Source: Elusimicrobiaceae bacterium (GTDB lineage Bacteria > Bacillota_I > Bacilli_A > Acholeplasmatales > Anaeroplasmataceae). Taken from it: a DNA stretch of 53,041 nucleotides. Below the pieces are notes generated by a model that made no database searches, had not been told where the DNA came from, and saw only the letters and a program-made list of their open reading frames with translations. The position numbers were made by a program, and so were the translations under genes. Of the stretch, positions 28,511-36,572 are shown one piece after another. The stretch is from the NCBI GenBank assembly GCA_963601055.1, contig CAVCDW010000054.1, positions 1 through 53,041 on the forward strand, in the 5' to 3' direction. Within the stretch, counting starts at the first letter, position 1, and every line of letters begins with the position of its first letter.

Positions 28511-29211
28511 TAACATCTCTTACTAATAAAAAAATAAAGGATGTATGTTTACTTAAAACTTCTAAAGGAAGAAGAGAAAAAAATCTTTTTATTGTAGAAG
28601 GTAAACATTTAGTATCTGAAGCAAAAGAAGCAGGAGTTCTCGAAGAAACATACACTATAGATGAAAATTTAGAAGGTGAACTTGTATCTTTAGAAGTTAT
28701 GAAAAAACTTTGTAACACAGATACTGTAGTAAATCAAATAGGAGTATGTAAAAAGATAAATAAAAAAGAATTATCTAATAACATATTAATTCTTGATAAA
28801 ATACAAGATCCAGGGAATCTAGGTGCCCTAATGCGTAGTGCTAAAGCATTTTCGTTTGATACTATTTTCTTATCTGAAGGATGTGTTGATTTATACAATG
28901 ATAAAGCAATCCGTTCTTCTCAAGGCGCTATATTTAAACTTAATACCATAGAAGGAAACATTATAGATTTTATTTCTAAACTAAAAGAATTGGGATATGA
29001 AGTTTATTCTACGAATGTCGTAAATGGTACTTCTGTATCAGATGTTAATGCTGGTACTAAAAAAGCCCTTATCTTAGGTAATGAAGGTAATGGGGTATCA
29101 AAAGAAGTTAATGATTTAAATCTTAAAAATTTATATATTAAAATGTCAGGTATGGAATCGTTAAACGTTGCGGTAGCTGGTTCAATACTTATGTATGAAC
29201 TTAATAAATAA
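28507..29211 (+). CDS. SpoU/TrmH-family RNA methyltransferase (TrmH group 3 / YsgA-like)
   Basis: LFIVEGKHLVSEA, LDKIQDPGNLGALMRSA, LGNEGNGVS and SLNVAVAGSILMYE. It overlaps the thiI stop by 4 nt (ATGA). Confidence 0.85.
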   Translation: MITSLTNKKIKDVCLLKTSKGRREKNLFIVEGKHLVSEAKEAGVLEETYTIDENLEGELVSLEVMKKLCNTDTVVNQIGVCKKINKKELSNNILILDKIQDPGNLGALMRSAKAFSFDTIFLSEGCVDLYNDKAIRSSQGAIFKLNTIEGNIIDFISKLKELGYEVYSTNVVNGTSVSDVNAGTKKALILGNEGNGVSKEVNDLNLKNLYIKMSGMESLNVAVAGSILMYELNK

Positions 29212-29213
29212 TT

Positions 29214-29242
29214 AAAACACTATCTTTATGGTAGTGTTTTTT
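29214..29242 (+). terminator. Rho-independent terminator after the thiI-trmH-like operon
   Basis: aaaacacta (29214..29222) pairs with tagtgtttt (29232..29240), and the T-run extends to 29242. Confidence 0.7.
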
Positions 29243-29246
29243 GCCT

Positions 29247-29273
29247 AAAAAAAGGAATGAAAATCATTCCTTT
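29247..29273 (-). terminator. Rho-independent terminator after the def operon (minus strand)
   Basis: On the minus strand the sequence reads ggaatga-ttt-tcattcc followed by a U7 run. It starts at the stop codon of the 125-aa gene. Confidence 0.75.
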
Positions 29274-29649
29274 AAATAAACATTAATACTGATAATACAA
29301 CAATCGCAACTGCGACTACAGCTACAATAGTTTTTACAATATTTACACTTCTATTTTTCCCTTTGTAATCTTTTACGGCATAACCTTTGTTTACAACGAA
29401 GAATGTGTTTCCTGTAAGAAGTGATGATTCAAATAAAAACACAATACCTTCAACAACGAAACCATATGTATTTTTAGGTAGTGGCATAGGATTTTTTATA
29501 CAATCATTTTCAAAAACTTCGCCTGGCATAAAACCTTCGTATTTTTGACCATTATACATTACGTATGGTTTTTCACCTTTATTTATATTTAATTCCATTT
29601 TTAATTCATGTGAATTACTATCAACTACTGTGAAATTAAGCTTTTTCAT
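29272..29649 (-). CDS. Hypothetical 125-aa protein with a C-terminal transmembrane anchor
   Basis: The start lies 2 nt after the def stop, and the gene shares a terminator with def. The C-terminal segment IVAVVAVAIVVLSVLMFI is a single TM helix. I recognise no family. Confidence 0.5.
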   Translation of the reverse strand: MKKLNFTVVDSNSHELKMELNINKGEKPYVMYNGQKYEGFMPGEVFENDCIKNPMPLPKNTYGFVVEGIVFLFESSLLTGNTFFVVNKGYAVKDYKGKNRSVNIVKTIVAVVAVAIVVLSVLMFI

Positions 29650-29651
29650 AT

Positions 29652-30224
29652 TTACTCCTCTGAAGTTTCATATAATGGTTGACAATCAAGAGTTTTATAC
29701 ATCTTTGATGTGAATAAAATACCATCTAAATGATCATACTCATGTTGGAAAACAATCGCAGGATATCCTTCTAAAGTTCCTGTTTTAGGTTTAAGAGTGT
29801 TAGTTCTAAAATCATAAACGTAGCACTTATACGCAATCTTATAATTTCTTGGTGTCACAAGACCATCTGTAGGTCTATCAACAGAAAGACAACCCTCCCC
29901 ACAAGGTAGGTAAGTCATTTCTTTACTTCTCCAAGTGATTACAGGATTAATTACGGCCATGCAATAACGTTTATCATTATTTAAAAAATCTTCGAAATTA
30001 ATCGCAAACATTCTTTTTAAAACACCAACTTGTGGAGCCGCAATTCCAACTCCTGGTCTAATTCCATATTTTTTTGCAAGAGAATCTATAGAAGAATTTA
30101 TTACATATTCTAATAATCCTTTTAAAACATTTAAATCTTCACTTGATAAAGGAAATTTAACTTCTTCACAAACAGTTGTAAGAACAGGATTTCCTTCTTT
30201 TGTTATATCCTTTGATAAATACAT
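29652..30224 (-). CDS. def: Peptide deformylase
   Basis: GVGIAAPQVG, EGCLSVD and QHEYDHLDG metal-binding motifs. I chose the ATG at 30224 because AGGTGA lies 5 nt upstream. Confidence 0.95.
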   Translation of the reverse strand: MYLSKDITKEGNPVLTTVCEEVKFPLSSEDLNVLKGLLEYVINSSIDSLAKKYGIRPGVGIAAPQVGVLKRMFAINFEDFLNNDKRYCMAVINPVITWRSKEMTYLPCGEGCLSVDRPTDGLVTPRNYKIAYKCYVYDFRTNTLKPKTGTLEGYPAIVFQHEYDHLDGILFTSKMYKTLDCQPLYETSEE

Positions 30225-30358
30225 AAATATCACCTGAAAAGATTATATCATAATTGTTAAATAAAAGTCCATTTTATTGTAAATCATATTTATAAAAATA
30301 TTGGAAATTATAAAAATAATGTGTAAAATAGTTATATATGTAATTAAAGGAATTTTGT

Positions 30359-30736
30359 ATGAATATAGATATTTTAGAAAAAACATATGTTTTATCTGAT
30401 AAAATAAAACAATTAGATTTGTATAAAGAAGTATGTGCTTTAAATAATCAAATAGAAGAAGAATTAAAGGATGAATTAAAAGCTTTTGTAGATGCGAAAG
30501 AAAAATACTATGAAGCACTAAAATATGGCTCTTACCATCCATCCCTTGATGAATACACAAAAGAATTATCAAGAACAAAGGCTATTCTTTATTCAAAGGA
30601 AATTGTAAAAGAATATAATATAAAATATAATGAATTACAAAAAGTATTAAATGATATATTAGATAAGATTAAAACAAATATGTCTAATAAATTCGAACTT
30701 ACAAATTCAAGGAAGAAATGTGGGTGTAAAAAATGA
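30359..30736 (+). CDS. YlbF/YmcA-family (UPF0342-like) helical protein
   Basis: 125-aa helical protein. It lies directly upstream of, and overlaps, a YlbG-like gene, as ylbF-ylbG do in Bacillus. The C-terminus carries KKCGCKK cysteines. Confidence 0.5.
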   Translation: MNIDILEKTYVLSDKIKQLDLYKEVCALNNQIEEELKDELKAFVDAKEKYYEALKYGSYHPSLDEYTKELSRTKAILYSKEIVKEYNIKYNELQKVLNDILDKIKTNMSNKFELTNSRKKCGCKK

Positions 30737-30954
30737 ATGTTTCAAGATCAAGAATAATAATAGAATATAAAGATGAAGATTTTTTAAATCAACTTAAACA
30801 ATTTCAAAATATTAATGTTCTTTATAAATCAAAAGAATGTTACGCATTAATATGTTGCGATAAAAAAGATGAAGAGAGAATTGTTAAATTATTATCTAAA
30901 ACATGTTTAAATGCATATGTTTCAAATGAGAAAATAGATAATTATAATTTTTAA
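30733..30954 (+). CDS. UPF0298 / YlbG-like small protein
   Basis: 73 aa. The pattern R..iIiEYkd....qLkqF.NinVLYkSKe..YalicCDkkd.E.iv..L is typical of DUF2129/YlbG. It overlaps the upstream gene by 4 nt. Confidence 0.55.
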   Translation: MNVSRSRIIIEYKDEDFLNQLKQFQNINVLYKSKECYALICCDKKDEERIVKLLSKTCLNAYVSNEKIDNYNF

Positions 30955-30983
30955 AATTAAATTAAGCTGTTAAGAAAAAACAC

Positions 30984-31011
30984 TTGACACCATAAAAAGT
31001 TATGGTAGAAT
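30984..31011 (+). promoter_or_regulatory. Sigma-A-type promoter for the rpsP operon
   Basis: TTGACA (30984..30989), a 16-nt spacer, then an extended -10 TGgTAGAAT (31003..31011). Confidence 0.6.
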
Positions 31012-31047
31012 ATTGTTGTTATTAGAAAACAAAAGGAGTGAATATAA

Positions 31048-31290
31048 ATGGTTAAATTAAGATTACAAAGATTTGGAGCTGCTAAGAAACCTTACTATCG
31101 TATAGTTGCGGCTGACTCAAGAAGTCCTCGTGATGGAAAATTCTTAGAAGTTGTTGGAACATATAACCCAATTACTAATCCTGCTACTGTATCTGTAGAT
31201 GCAGAAAAGGTTAACGCATGGTTAGCTAAAGGAGCACAACCAACTGTTACAGTTAAGAATATTCTTAAGGCCCAAAATATCGTTAAGTAA
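31048..31290 (+). CDS. rpsP: 30S ribosomal protein S16
   Basis: [32 protein letters not shown]. Confidence 0.97.
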   Translation: MVKLRLQRFGAAKKPYYRIVAADSRSPRDGKFLEVVGTYNPITNPATVSVDAEKVNAWLAKGAQPTVTVKNILKAQNIVK

Positions 31291-31304
31291 TGGAGGTGTC
31301 ATTA

Positions 31305-31550
31305 ATGGTAAATTTTGAAGAGCTATTAAAAAGCTTAATATTACCGCTAGTTTCATTTCCAGAAGAAGTTGAGATTGCATATCTTGGCGAAGAAGATGAA
31401 ATAATGTCTTATGAAGTTAAGGTTGCGAAATTCGACCTTGGACGAGTTATCGGTAAAGGTGGACATATTGCGCAAGCAATTAGAACTATTCTTTACGCTA
31501 AGGCGTCTAAAGAAGGGGTTAGGGTTCACCTAAACATTATTGAAAAATAA
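31305..31550 (+). CDS. KH-domain RNA-binding protein (YlqC-like)
   Basis: VIGKGGHIAQAIRTI is a GXXG KH motif. The position after rpsP is conserved. I chose the ATG at 31305 because GGAGGTG lies 6 nt upstream. Confidence 0.85.
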   Translation: MVNFEELLKSLILPLVSFPEEVEIAYLGEEDEIMSYEVKVAKFDLGRVIGKGGHIAQAIRTILYAKASKEGVRVHLNIIEK

Positions 31551-31579
31551 GAGATAATTTTTATTATCTCTATTTTTTT
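31551..31579 (+). terminator. Internal hairpin plus T-run inside the rpsP-rimM-trmD cluster
   Basis: gagataat (31551..31558) pairs with attatctc (31563..31570). The sequence then reads ta followed by a T7 run (31573..31579). Confidence 0.6.
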
Positions 31580-31597
31580 ACTTAAAGGAGAATTGAA

Positions 31598-31846
31598 ATG
31601 ATATTAACATATGATGAAGCATTAGAAAGATCAGCTAACAAAGAATGGTTTAAAAGTGTATATAAAAGAGAAGATATAATATCAGATGAAGAAGTTAAAG
31701 AAATAAATGCTCTTGTATTAAAGGCTTCTCCTAAAGCGTTAGAAGTCTATTTTGAAACAAAAGATGATCTATTCTTACAAAAAGAATATAAAGATGATCT
31801 TATAGATTATCTAGAAGATGTTATTGCAGGCGTTGAAGTGCTATAA
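31598..31846 (+). CDS. Hypothetical acidic 82-aa protein
   Basis: A good RBS (AAAGGAGAA) sits 6 nt before the ATG at 31598. The gene occupies the slot between the KH-protein gene and rimM. I recognise no motif. Confidence 0.5.
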   Translation: MILTYDEALERSANKEWFKSVYKREDIISDEEVKEINALVLKASPKALEVYFETKDDLFLQKEYKDDLIDYLEDVIAGVEVL

Positions 31847-31866
31847 TACTGTTGAGGATGATTTAT

Positions 31867-32358
31867 ATGGAATTTTTAAATGTAGGACAAATTTTAAATA
31901 CTCATGGGCTTAAAGGTGAGTTGAAAATTAAAAATATAAGTGACTTTGATAGATTTGTTGCAGGAAACACATTATATATATTACATAATAATGAATATGT
32001 TAAAGTTGTTGTTAAATCCGCAAGACGTCAACAAGAATTATATTTGGTTTTATTTGAAGGGTTATTAGATATTAATCTAGTTGAGAAATATAAAGGCGAT
32101 AAAATCTTAATTTCAAAGGATGATATTACACCTCTTGATGATGGTAAATATTATTATTTTGAACTTATAGGTAAAGATGTTTATAATCAAGATAATGTAA
32201 AAAGAGGAGTTTCAACATCTGTTATTGAATATCCTAAGTATGATATGTTAGAGGTTCTTGTAGATGGTAAGAAGAAACTAATACCTTTTATTCCAGAATT
32301 TATATCTGATGTTTTAGAAGATAGAATAATAATAAAGGAAATTGAGGGACTTCTATGA
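31867..32358 (+). CDS. rimM: 16S rRNA processing protein RimM
   Basis: LNVGQILNTHGLKGELK N-terminus and a PRC-barrel C-terminus. A GAGGATG RBS precedes the ATG at 31867. Confidence 0.9.
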   Translation: MEFLNVGQILNTHGLKGELKIKNISDFDRFVAGNTLYILHNNEYVKVVVKSARRQQELYLVLFEGLLDINLVEKYKGDKILISKDDITPLDDGKYYYFELIGKDVYNQDNVKRGVSTSVIEYPKYDMLEVLVDGKKKLIPFIPEFISDVLEDRIIIKEIEGLL

Positions 32359-33083
32359 AAATAAAAATATTAACCTTATTTCCTTCAATGTTTGATGGGT
32401 TTAAATCAGAATCTATTATAAAAAGAAGCATAGAAAAAGGTGTCATAGATATTGAAATTATAGATTTTAGATTGTGGTCTAAAGAAAAACATCACAAGGT
32501 TGATGATACACCATATGGTGGTGGAGCAGGGATGGTTATTAATCCTGTTGTTATCTATGATTGTTTAAATGATGTGAAAACAAAGGATTCACATGTGATT
32601 CTTCTAACACCACAAGGTGATGTATATAGCCAAGAGAGTGCATCAAGACTTGCGAAAGAATATAAAGAGCTTATATTTATATGCGGACATTATGAAGGAT
32701 TCGATGAAAGAATAAGATTGATGGTTGATGAAGAAATATCAATAGGTGATTTTGTTCTTACAGGTGGGGAACTTCCAGCTATGGTTATATCTGATAGTAT
32801 AACAAGACTTTTAGATGGTGCTATAAATGAAGAATCTTATTTAGGTGATTCTCACCAAAATAATTTATTAGAATATCCACAATATACAAGGCCTCAAGAA
32901 TTTATGGGTGTTGAAGTTCCATTTGTTTTAAGAAATGGAAATCATAAAGATATTAGAAAGTTTAGAATAAAGGAATCTTTAAGAAGAACAATGTGTAAGC
33001 GCCCTGATTTAATATCTAAACATACGTTTACTGAAGAAGAGAAAAAAATATATGCGGAACTTTTAGAAGAAAAAGCGCAATAA
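32355..33083 (+). CDS. trmD: tRNA (guanine37-N1)-methyltransferase TrmD
   Basis: ILTLFPSMF, DDTPYGGGAGMV, CGHYEGFDERI and IGDFVLTGGELPA. Confidence 0.95.
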   Translation: MKIKILTLFPSMFDGFKSESIIKRSIEKGVIDIEIIDFRLWSKEKHHKVDDTPYGGGAGMVINPVVIYDCLNDVKTKDSHVILLTPQGDVYSQESASRLAKEYKELIFICGHYEGFDERIRLMVDEEISIGDFVLTGGELPAMVISDSITRLLDGAINEESYLGDSHQNNLLEYPQYTRPQEFMGVEVPFVLRNGNHKDIRKFRIKESLRRTMCKRPDLISKHTFTEEEKKIYAELLEEKAQ

Positions 33084-33108
33084 AATTTAAAAAAAGTTAA
33101 ATTTGGTA

Positions 33109-33136
33109 TTGATAAAAAAAATAAAAATGATATACT
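33109..33136 (+). promoter_or_regulatory. Sigma-A-type promoter for rplS
   Basis: TTGATA (33109..33114), a 16-nt spacer, then an extended -10 TGaTATACT (33128..33136). Confidence 0.55.
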
Positions 33137-33220
33137 ATTAAAGGCTATATTTTTATATAGTCAAAGCACAATATTCCGCTGGGTATAACCTATGAATTTT
33201 GGAAGGTAGGAGTTGATATT
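33137..33220 (+). promoter_or_regulatory. rplS 5' leader (candidate L19 autoregulatory leader)
   Basis: An 84-nt leader with the hairpin ggctatat-ttt-tatatagtc, in the same genomic position as the L19 leader motif described in low-GC Gram-positives. I did not verify it against a covariance model. Confidence 0.35.
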
Positions 33221-33580
33221 ATGGCAAACGCAAAGGGTCAAGCATTAATCGATGAGATTACTGCAGAGTACGTAAAGAAGGATACTCCAGAATTTAGAGC
33301 TGGAGATAACGTTAAAGTATTCGTTAAGATTCAAGAAGGTGATCATACAAGACTTCAAGTTTTCGAAGGACTTGTAATCAAGAGACAAGGACATGGTGTT
33401 TCAGCTACATTCACAGTAAGAAAGGATTCTTATGGAATCGGAGTTGAACGTACATTCCCAGTTAATGCACCAGTTATTGATCATATCCAAGTTGTAAGAC
33501 ATGGTAAGGTTAGACGTGCAAAACTTCACTATATTCGTACATTATCTGCTAAGGCTGCTCGTATTAAGGAAAAGAGATAA
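33221..33580 (+). CDS. rplS: 50S ribosomal protein L19
   Basis: [33 protein letters not shown] and [11 protein letters not shown]. Confidence 0.97.
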   Translation: MANAKGQALIDEITAEYVKKDTPEFRAGDNVKVFVKIQEGDHTRLQVFEGLVIKRQGHGVSATFTVRKDSYGIGVERTFPVNAPVIDHIQVVRHGKVRRAKLHYIRTLSAKAARIKEKR

Positions 33581-33593
33581 TAAGCCAAAAAAG

Positions 33594-33619
33594 AATTCAG
33601 CGAAAGCTGGATTTTTTTA
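33594..33619 (+). terminator. Rho-independent terminator after rplS
   Basis: aattcagc (33594..33601) pairs with gctggatt (33606..33613) around a GAAA loop, followed by a T-run. Confidence 0.8.
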
Positions 33620-33756
33620 TTATGTGAAATAAAAATATTTATTTTACGCTTTGATTAATAACTTAAAAAGTGAAACATAAATTTATTATAAAAAAATTCA
33701 AAAACAAATAATCATATGATATAATCTTATTAGATGAATAAAAAGGAGAATATAAA

Positions 33757-34392
33757 ATGAAAATTGCATTAATCAATGAAAATTCACAAGCTTCAAAAAA
33801 CGAAATTATTTATACTGCCTTAAATAAGGTAGCTACAAAATATGGACATGTAGTGTACAACTATGGTATGACATCAGCAGATGATAAACCATTAACTTAT
33901 GTTCAAAATGGATTACTTGCATCTATTCTTATCAATTCTGGCGCAGCTGATTTTGTTGTTACAGGATGTGGAACAGGTGAAGGTGCTCTTCTTGCCCTAA
34001 ACTCATTCCCAGGAGTTTTATGTGGATATGTAGTAGAACCATCTGATGCATACTTATTCGGACAAATCAATGATGGTAATGCTATCGCACAACCTTTTGC
34101 TAAAGGTTTTGGTTGGGGTGCTGAATTAAATCTTGAAAATGTTTATGAAAACTTATTTAAAGCACCATTCGGTGGAGGATATCCTAAGGATAGAGTTATT
34201 CCTGAACAAAGAAATAAGAAGATTCTAGATTCTATCAAAGAAAAGACATATAGACCTCTTGTTGATATTTTAAAGGATATTGATAAAGATTTCTTACTTG
34301 AAACTATTGATAGACCTACATTTAAAGAATATTTCTTTAAAGAAGCTACAAATAAAGAAATCATCGATTTCGTAAAATCAGTATTAGCATAA
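33757..34392 (+). CDS. RpiB/LacA/LacB-family sugar-phosphate isomerase with a C-terminal extension
   Basis: MKIALINENSQ, VVTGCGTGEGALLALNSFPGV and NDGNAIAQPF match the RpiB/LacAB core. An extra C-terminal segment of about 70 aa is present. Confidence 0.7.
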   Translation: MKIALINENSQASKNEIIYTALNKVATKYGHVVYNYGMTSADDKPLTYVQNGLLASILINSGAADFVVTGCGTGEGALLALNSFPGVLCGYVVEPSDAYLFGQINDGNAIAQPFAKGFGWGAELNLENVYENLFKAPFGGGYPKDRVIPEQRNKKILDSIKEKTYRPLVDILKDIDKDFLLETIDRPTFKEYFFKEATNKEIIDFVKSVLA

Positions 34393-34393
34393 T

Positions 34394-34421
34394 GAGAGCC
34401 CTTTATCGGGCTTTTCTTTTT
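34394..34421 (+). terminator. Rho-independent terminator after the RpiB-like gene
   Basis: agagccc (34394..34400) pairs with gggcttt (34408..34414), followed by a T-rich tail. Confidence 0.65.
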
Positions 34422-34429
34422 GTAATTAT

Positions 34430-34456
34430 TTGGCACTCTTATGTTGACATTGCCAA
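34430..34456. promoter_or_regulatory. CIRCE-like 9-N9-9 inverted repeat overlapping the htpG -35 box
   Basis: TTGGCACTC-ttatgttga-CATTGCCAA compared with the CIRCE consensus TTAGCACTC-N9-GAGTGCTAA. The left arm matches 8 of 9, the right arm 6 of 9, and the spacing is exact. Confidence 0.4.
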
Positions 34457-34472
34457 AACTTTGACTTATAAT
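34444..34472 (+). promoter_or_regulatory. Consensus sigma-A promoter for htpG
   Basis: TTGACA (34444..34449), a 17-nt spacer, then TATAAT (34467..34472). Confidence 0.7.
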
Positions 34473-34502
34473 ACTAGTGTTTTATGAAGGAGTTGTTGTA
34501 AA

Positions 34503-36407
34503 ATGGCAGAAGAAATTAAATTTAAAACTGAAACAAAAAGATTATTAGATTTGATGATTAATTCAATTTATACAAATAAGGATATATTCCTTCGTGAATT
34601 AATATCAAATGCATCAGATGCGATTGATAAGCATCACTATTTAACATTAACAGACGAGACTGTTACACCAAATGATTATGAGATACTTGTTGTAGCTAAT
34701 AAAGATGATAAAACTATTACAATTACTGATAATGGTATTGGATTTACATATGATGAATTAAAGAATAATTTAGGTACTATCGCAAAGAGTGGATCTAAAG
34801 AATTTGTTGAAAATCTAGATGAGAAAAATAAATCAGATGTAGATATTATCGGACAATTTGGAGTTGGATTCTATAGTGCGTTTATTGTAGGATCTATGGT
34901 TGAAGTACTTACTAAATCACCTAAGTCAGATACAGCATATGTATTTAGAAGTGAAGGACTAGAATCATACACAATTGATAAATGCGATAAGAGCACATGT
35001 GGAACTACAATCATTATTCATTTAAAGGATGATACTGAAGATGTTAAATATTCAGAATATCTAGATGAATATAAGATTAAAGACTTAATTGTTAAATATT
35101 CAGATTACATTAGATACCCTATTAAAACATATGTTACAGAATGGGTAAAATCTGATGAGGTTGATGATAAAGGAAATCCAAAAGAAAAAGAAGAACATGT
35201 TTTAAAAACAGTAAATTCTATGAAACCTTTATGGAAGAAGAATAAATCAGAGATAACTAAAGAAGAGTTAGATGGATTCTATAAAGATAAATTCTATGAC
35301 TATCAAGACCCAATGATGTCTATGCACTTTAATGTAGAAGGTACATTGTCTTATAACGCGTTATTATTTGTGCCAAAGAAATCACCAATGAATCTATACT
35401 CAGAGGAATTTGAACGTGGACTTCAATTATATACTAAAGGTGTATTTATCCTAGATAAATGTAAAGATTTAATCCCAGATTATCTTAGATTCGTACGTGG
35501 ACTTGTTGATACATCAGACTTATCTTTAAACATTTCACGTGAAATGCTTCAAGATGATAAAACATTAAAGAAGATTGCGTCAAATGTTGAGCGTAAGATT
35601 CTATCGGAGTTTGAAAAAACATTAAAAACTGATAGAGCATTATATGAAACTTTCTATGAAGAATATGGTATATCATTAAAGTATGGCGCTTATGAAAATT
35701 TTGGTATGAATAAGGATAAATTAAAGGATTTATTATTATTCAAAACTCTAAATTCTAATAAATATCAAACACTTAAAGAATATGTTTCTTCAATGAAAGA
35801 AGATCAAAAAGAAATATATTATGCAAGTGGTAAAGATTATGAGACTGTCACAAGACTTCCATATCTTGATCAATTAAAGAAAAAAGGATATGACGTTTTA
35901 ATTTGTACTGATGGTGTAGATGAATTCTTATTTAATGTTTTAAATTCATATGATGAAAAGTCATTCAAGTCAGTAAATACAGGAGATCTTGATTTACTTG
36001 ATGAAGAAGAAAATAAGAAGATTGATGAAATCAAAGAAGAAAAGAAAGATTTACTTGAGGCTTTAAAAGAAGCTTTAAAAGATGATGTGTCAGATGTTGT
36101 TCTTTCAAAGCGTTTAACTGAAAATGCAGTTTGTCTATCTTCTAAGAACAATGTGTCTTTAGAGATGGAAAAGATTTTATCTGCTCAAGATAAATATGGA
36201 GCAAAAGCTGAAAAAGTTCTTGAAATCAATCCAAATCATGAGGTATTTAAGGCAGTAGAAAGAGCTTACGACAATAATAAGGATGATATTAAGAAATATG
36301 CGACATTCTTATATGATAATGCGCTTATTGTAGAAGGATTACCTGTAAAGGATAATCAAGAATTCGCAAAAATAATGTGTGAATTATTTGTAAATGCTAA
36401 TAAGTAA
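34503..36407 (+). CDS. htpG: Chaperone HtpG (Hsp90)
   Basis: ELISNASDAIDK, ITDNGIGF and IGQFGVGFYSAF GHKL ATPase motifs. Length 634 aa. Confidence 0.95.
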   Translation: MAEEIKFKTETKRLLDLMINSIYTNKDIFLRELISNASDAIDKHHYLTLTDETVTPNDYEILVVANKDDKTITITDNGIGFTYDELKNNLGTIAKSGSKEFVENLDEKNKSDVDIIGQFGVGFYSAFIVGSMVEVLTKSPKSDTAYVFRSEGLESYTIDKCDKSTCGTTIIIHLKDDTEDVKYSEYLDEYKIKDLIVKYSDYIRYPIKTYVTEWVKSDEVDDKGNPKEKEEHVLKTVNSMKPLWKKNKSEITKEELDGFYKDKFYDYQDPMMSMHFNVEGTLSYNALLFVPKKSPMNLYSEEFERGLQLYTKGVFILDKCKDLIPDYLRFVRGLVDTSDLSLNISREMLQDDKTLKKIASNVERKILSEFEKTLKTDRALYETFYEEYGISLKYGAYENFGMNKDKLKDLLLFKTLNSNKYQTLKEYVSSMKEDQKEIYYASGKDYETVTRLPYLDQLKKKGYDVLICTDGVDEFLFNVLNSYDEKSFKSVNTGDLDLLDEEENKKIDEIKEEKKDLLEALKEALKDDVSDVVLSKRLTENAVCLSSKNNVSLEMEKILSAQDKYGAKAEKVLEINPNHEVFKAVERAYDNNKDDIKKYATFLYDNALIVEGLPVKDNQEFAKIMCELFVNANK

Positions 36408-36412
36408 AAAAT

Positions 36413-36440
36413 AAGGCTGTGGTTTTCACGGCCTTTTATT
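36413..36440 (+). terminator. Rho-independent terminator after htpG
   Basis: aaggctgtg (36413..36421) pairs with cacggcctt (36427..36435), including one G-U pair, followed by ttatt. Confidence 0.75.
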
Positions 36441-36572
36441 TCGAATAAAATACAATTATTTAAAACAAAATTTAAACTAATAGAAAATATTTCATAATTT
36501 TTTTCTTTTTCTTTTTGGAGTACCTAAAATATGATAATATAAGTTATAACTGCTTAAAGGAGAATATTTTAT

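Noticed and set aside
30243-30578. 111-aa minus-strand ORF in the def / ylbF-like intergenic region.
   Set aside because: It overlaps the plus-strand YlbF-like gene. Its translation is a low-complexity I/L/F/H/Y string and it has no RBS. The plus-strand gene has conserved ylbF-ylbG synteny.
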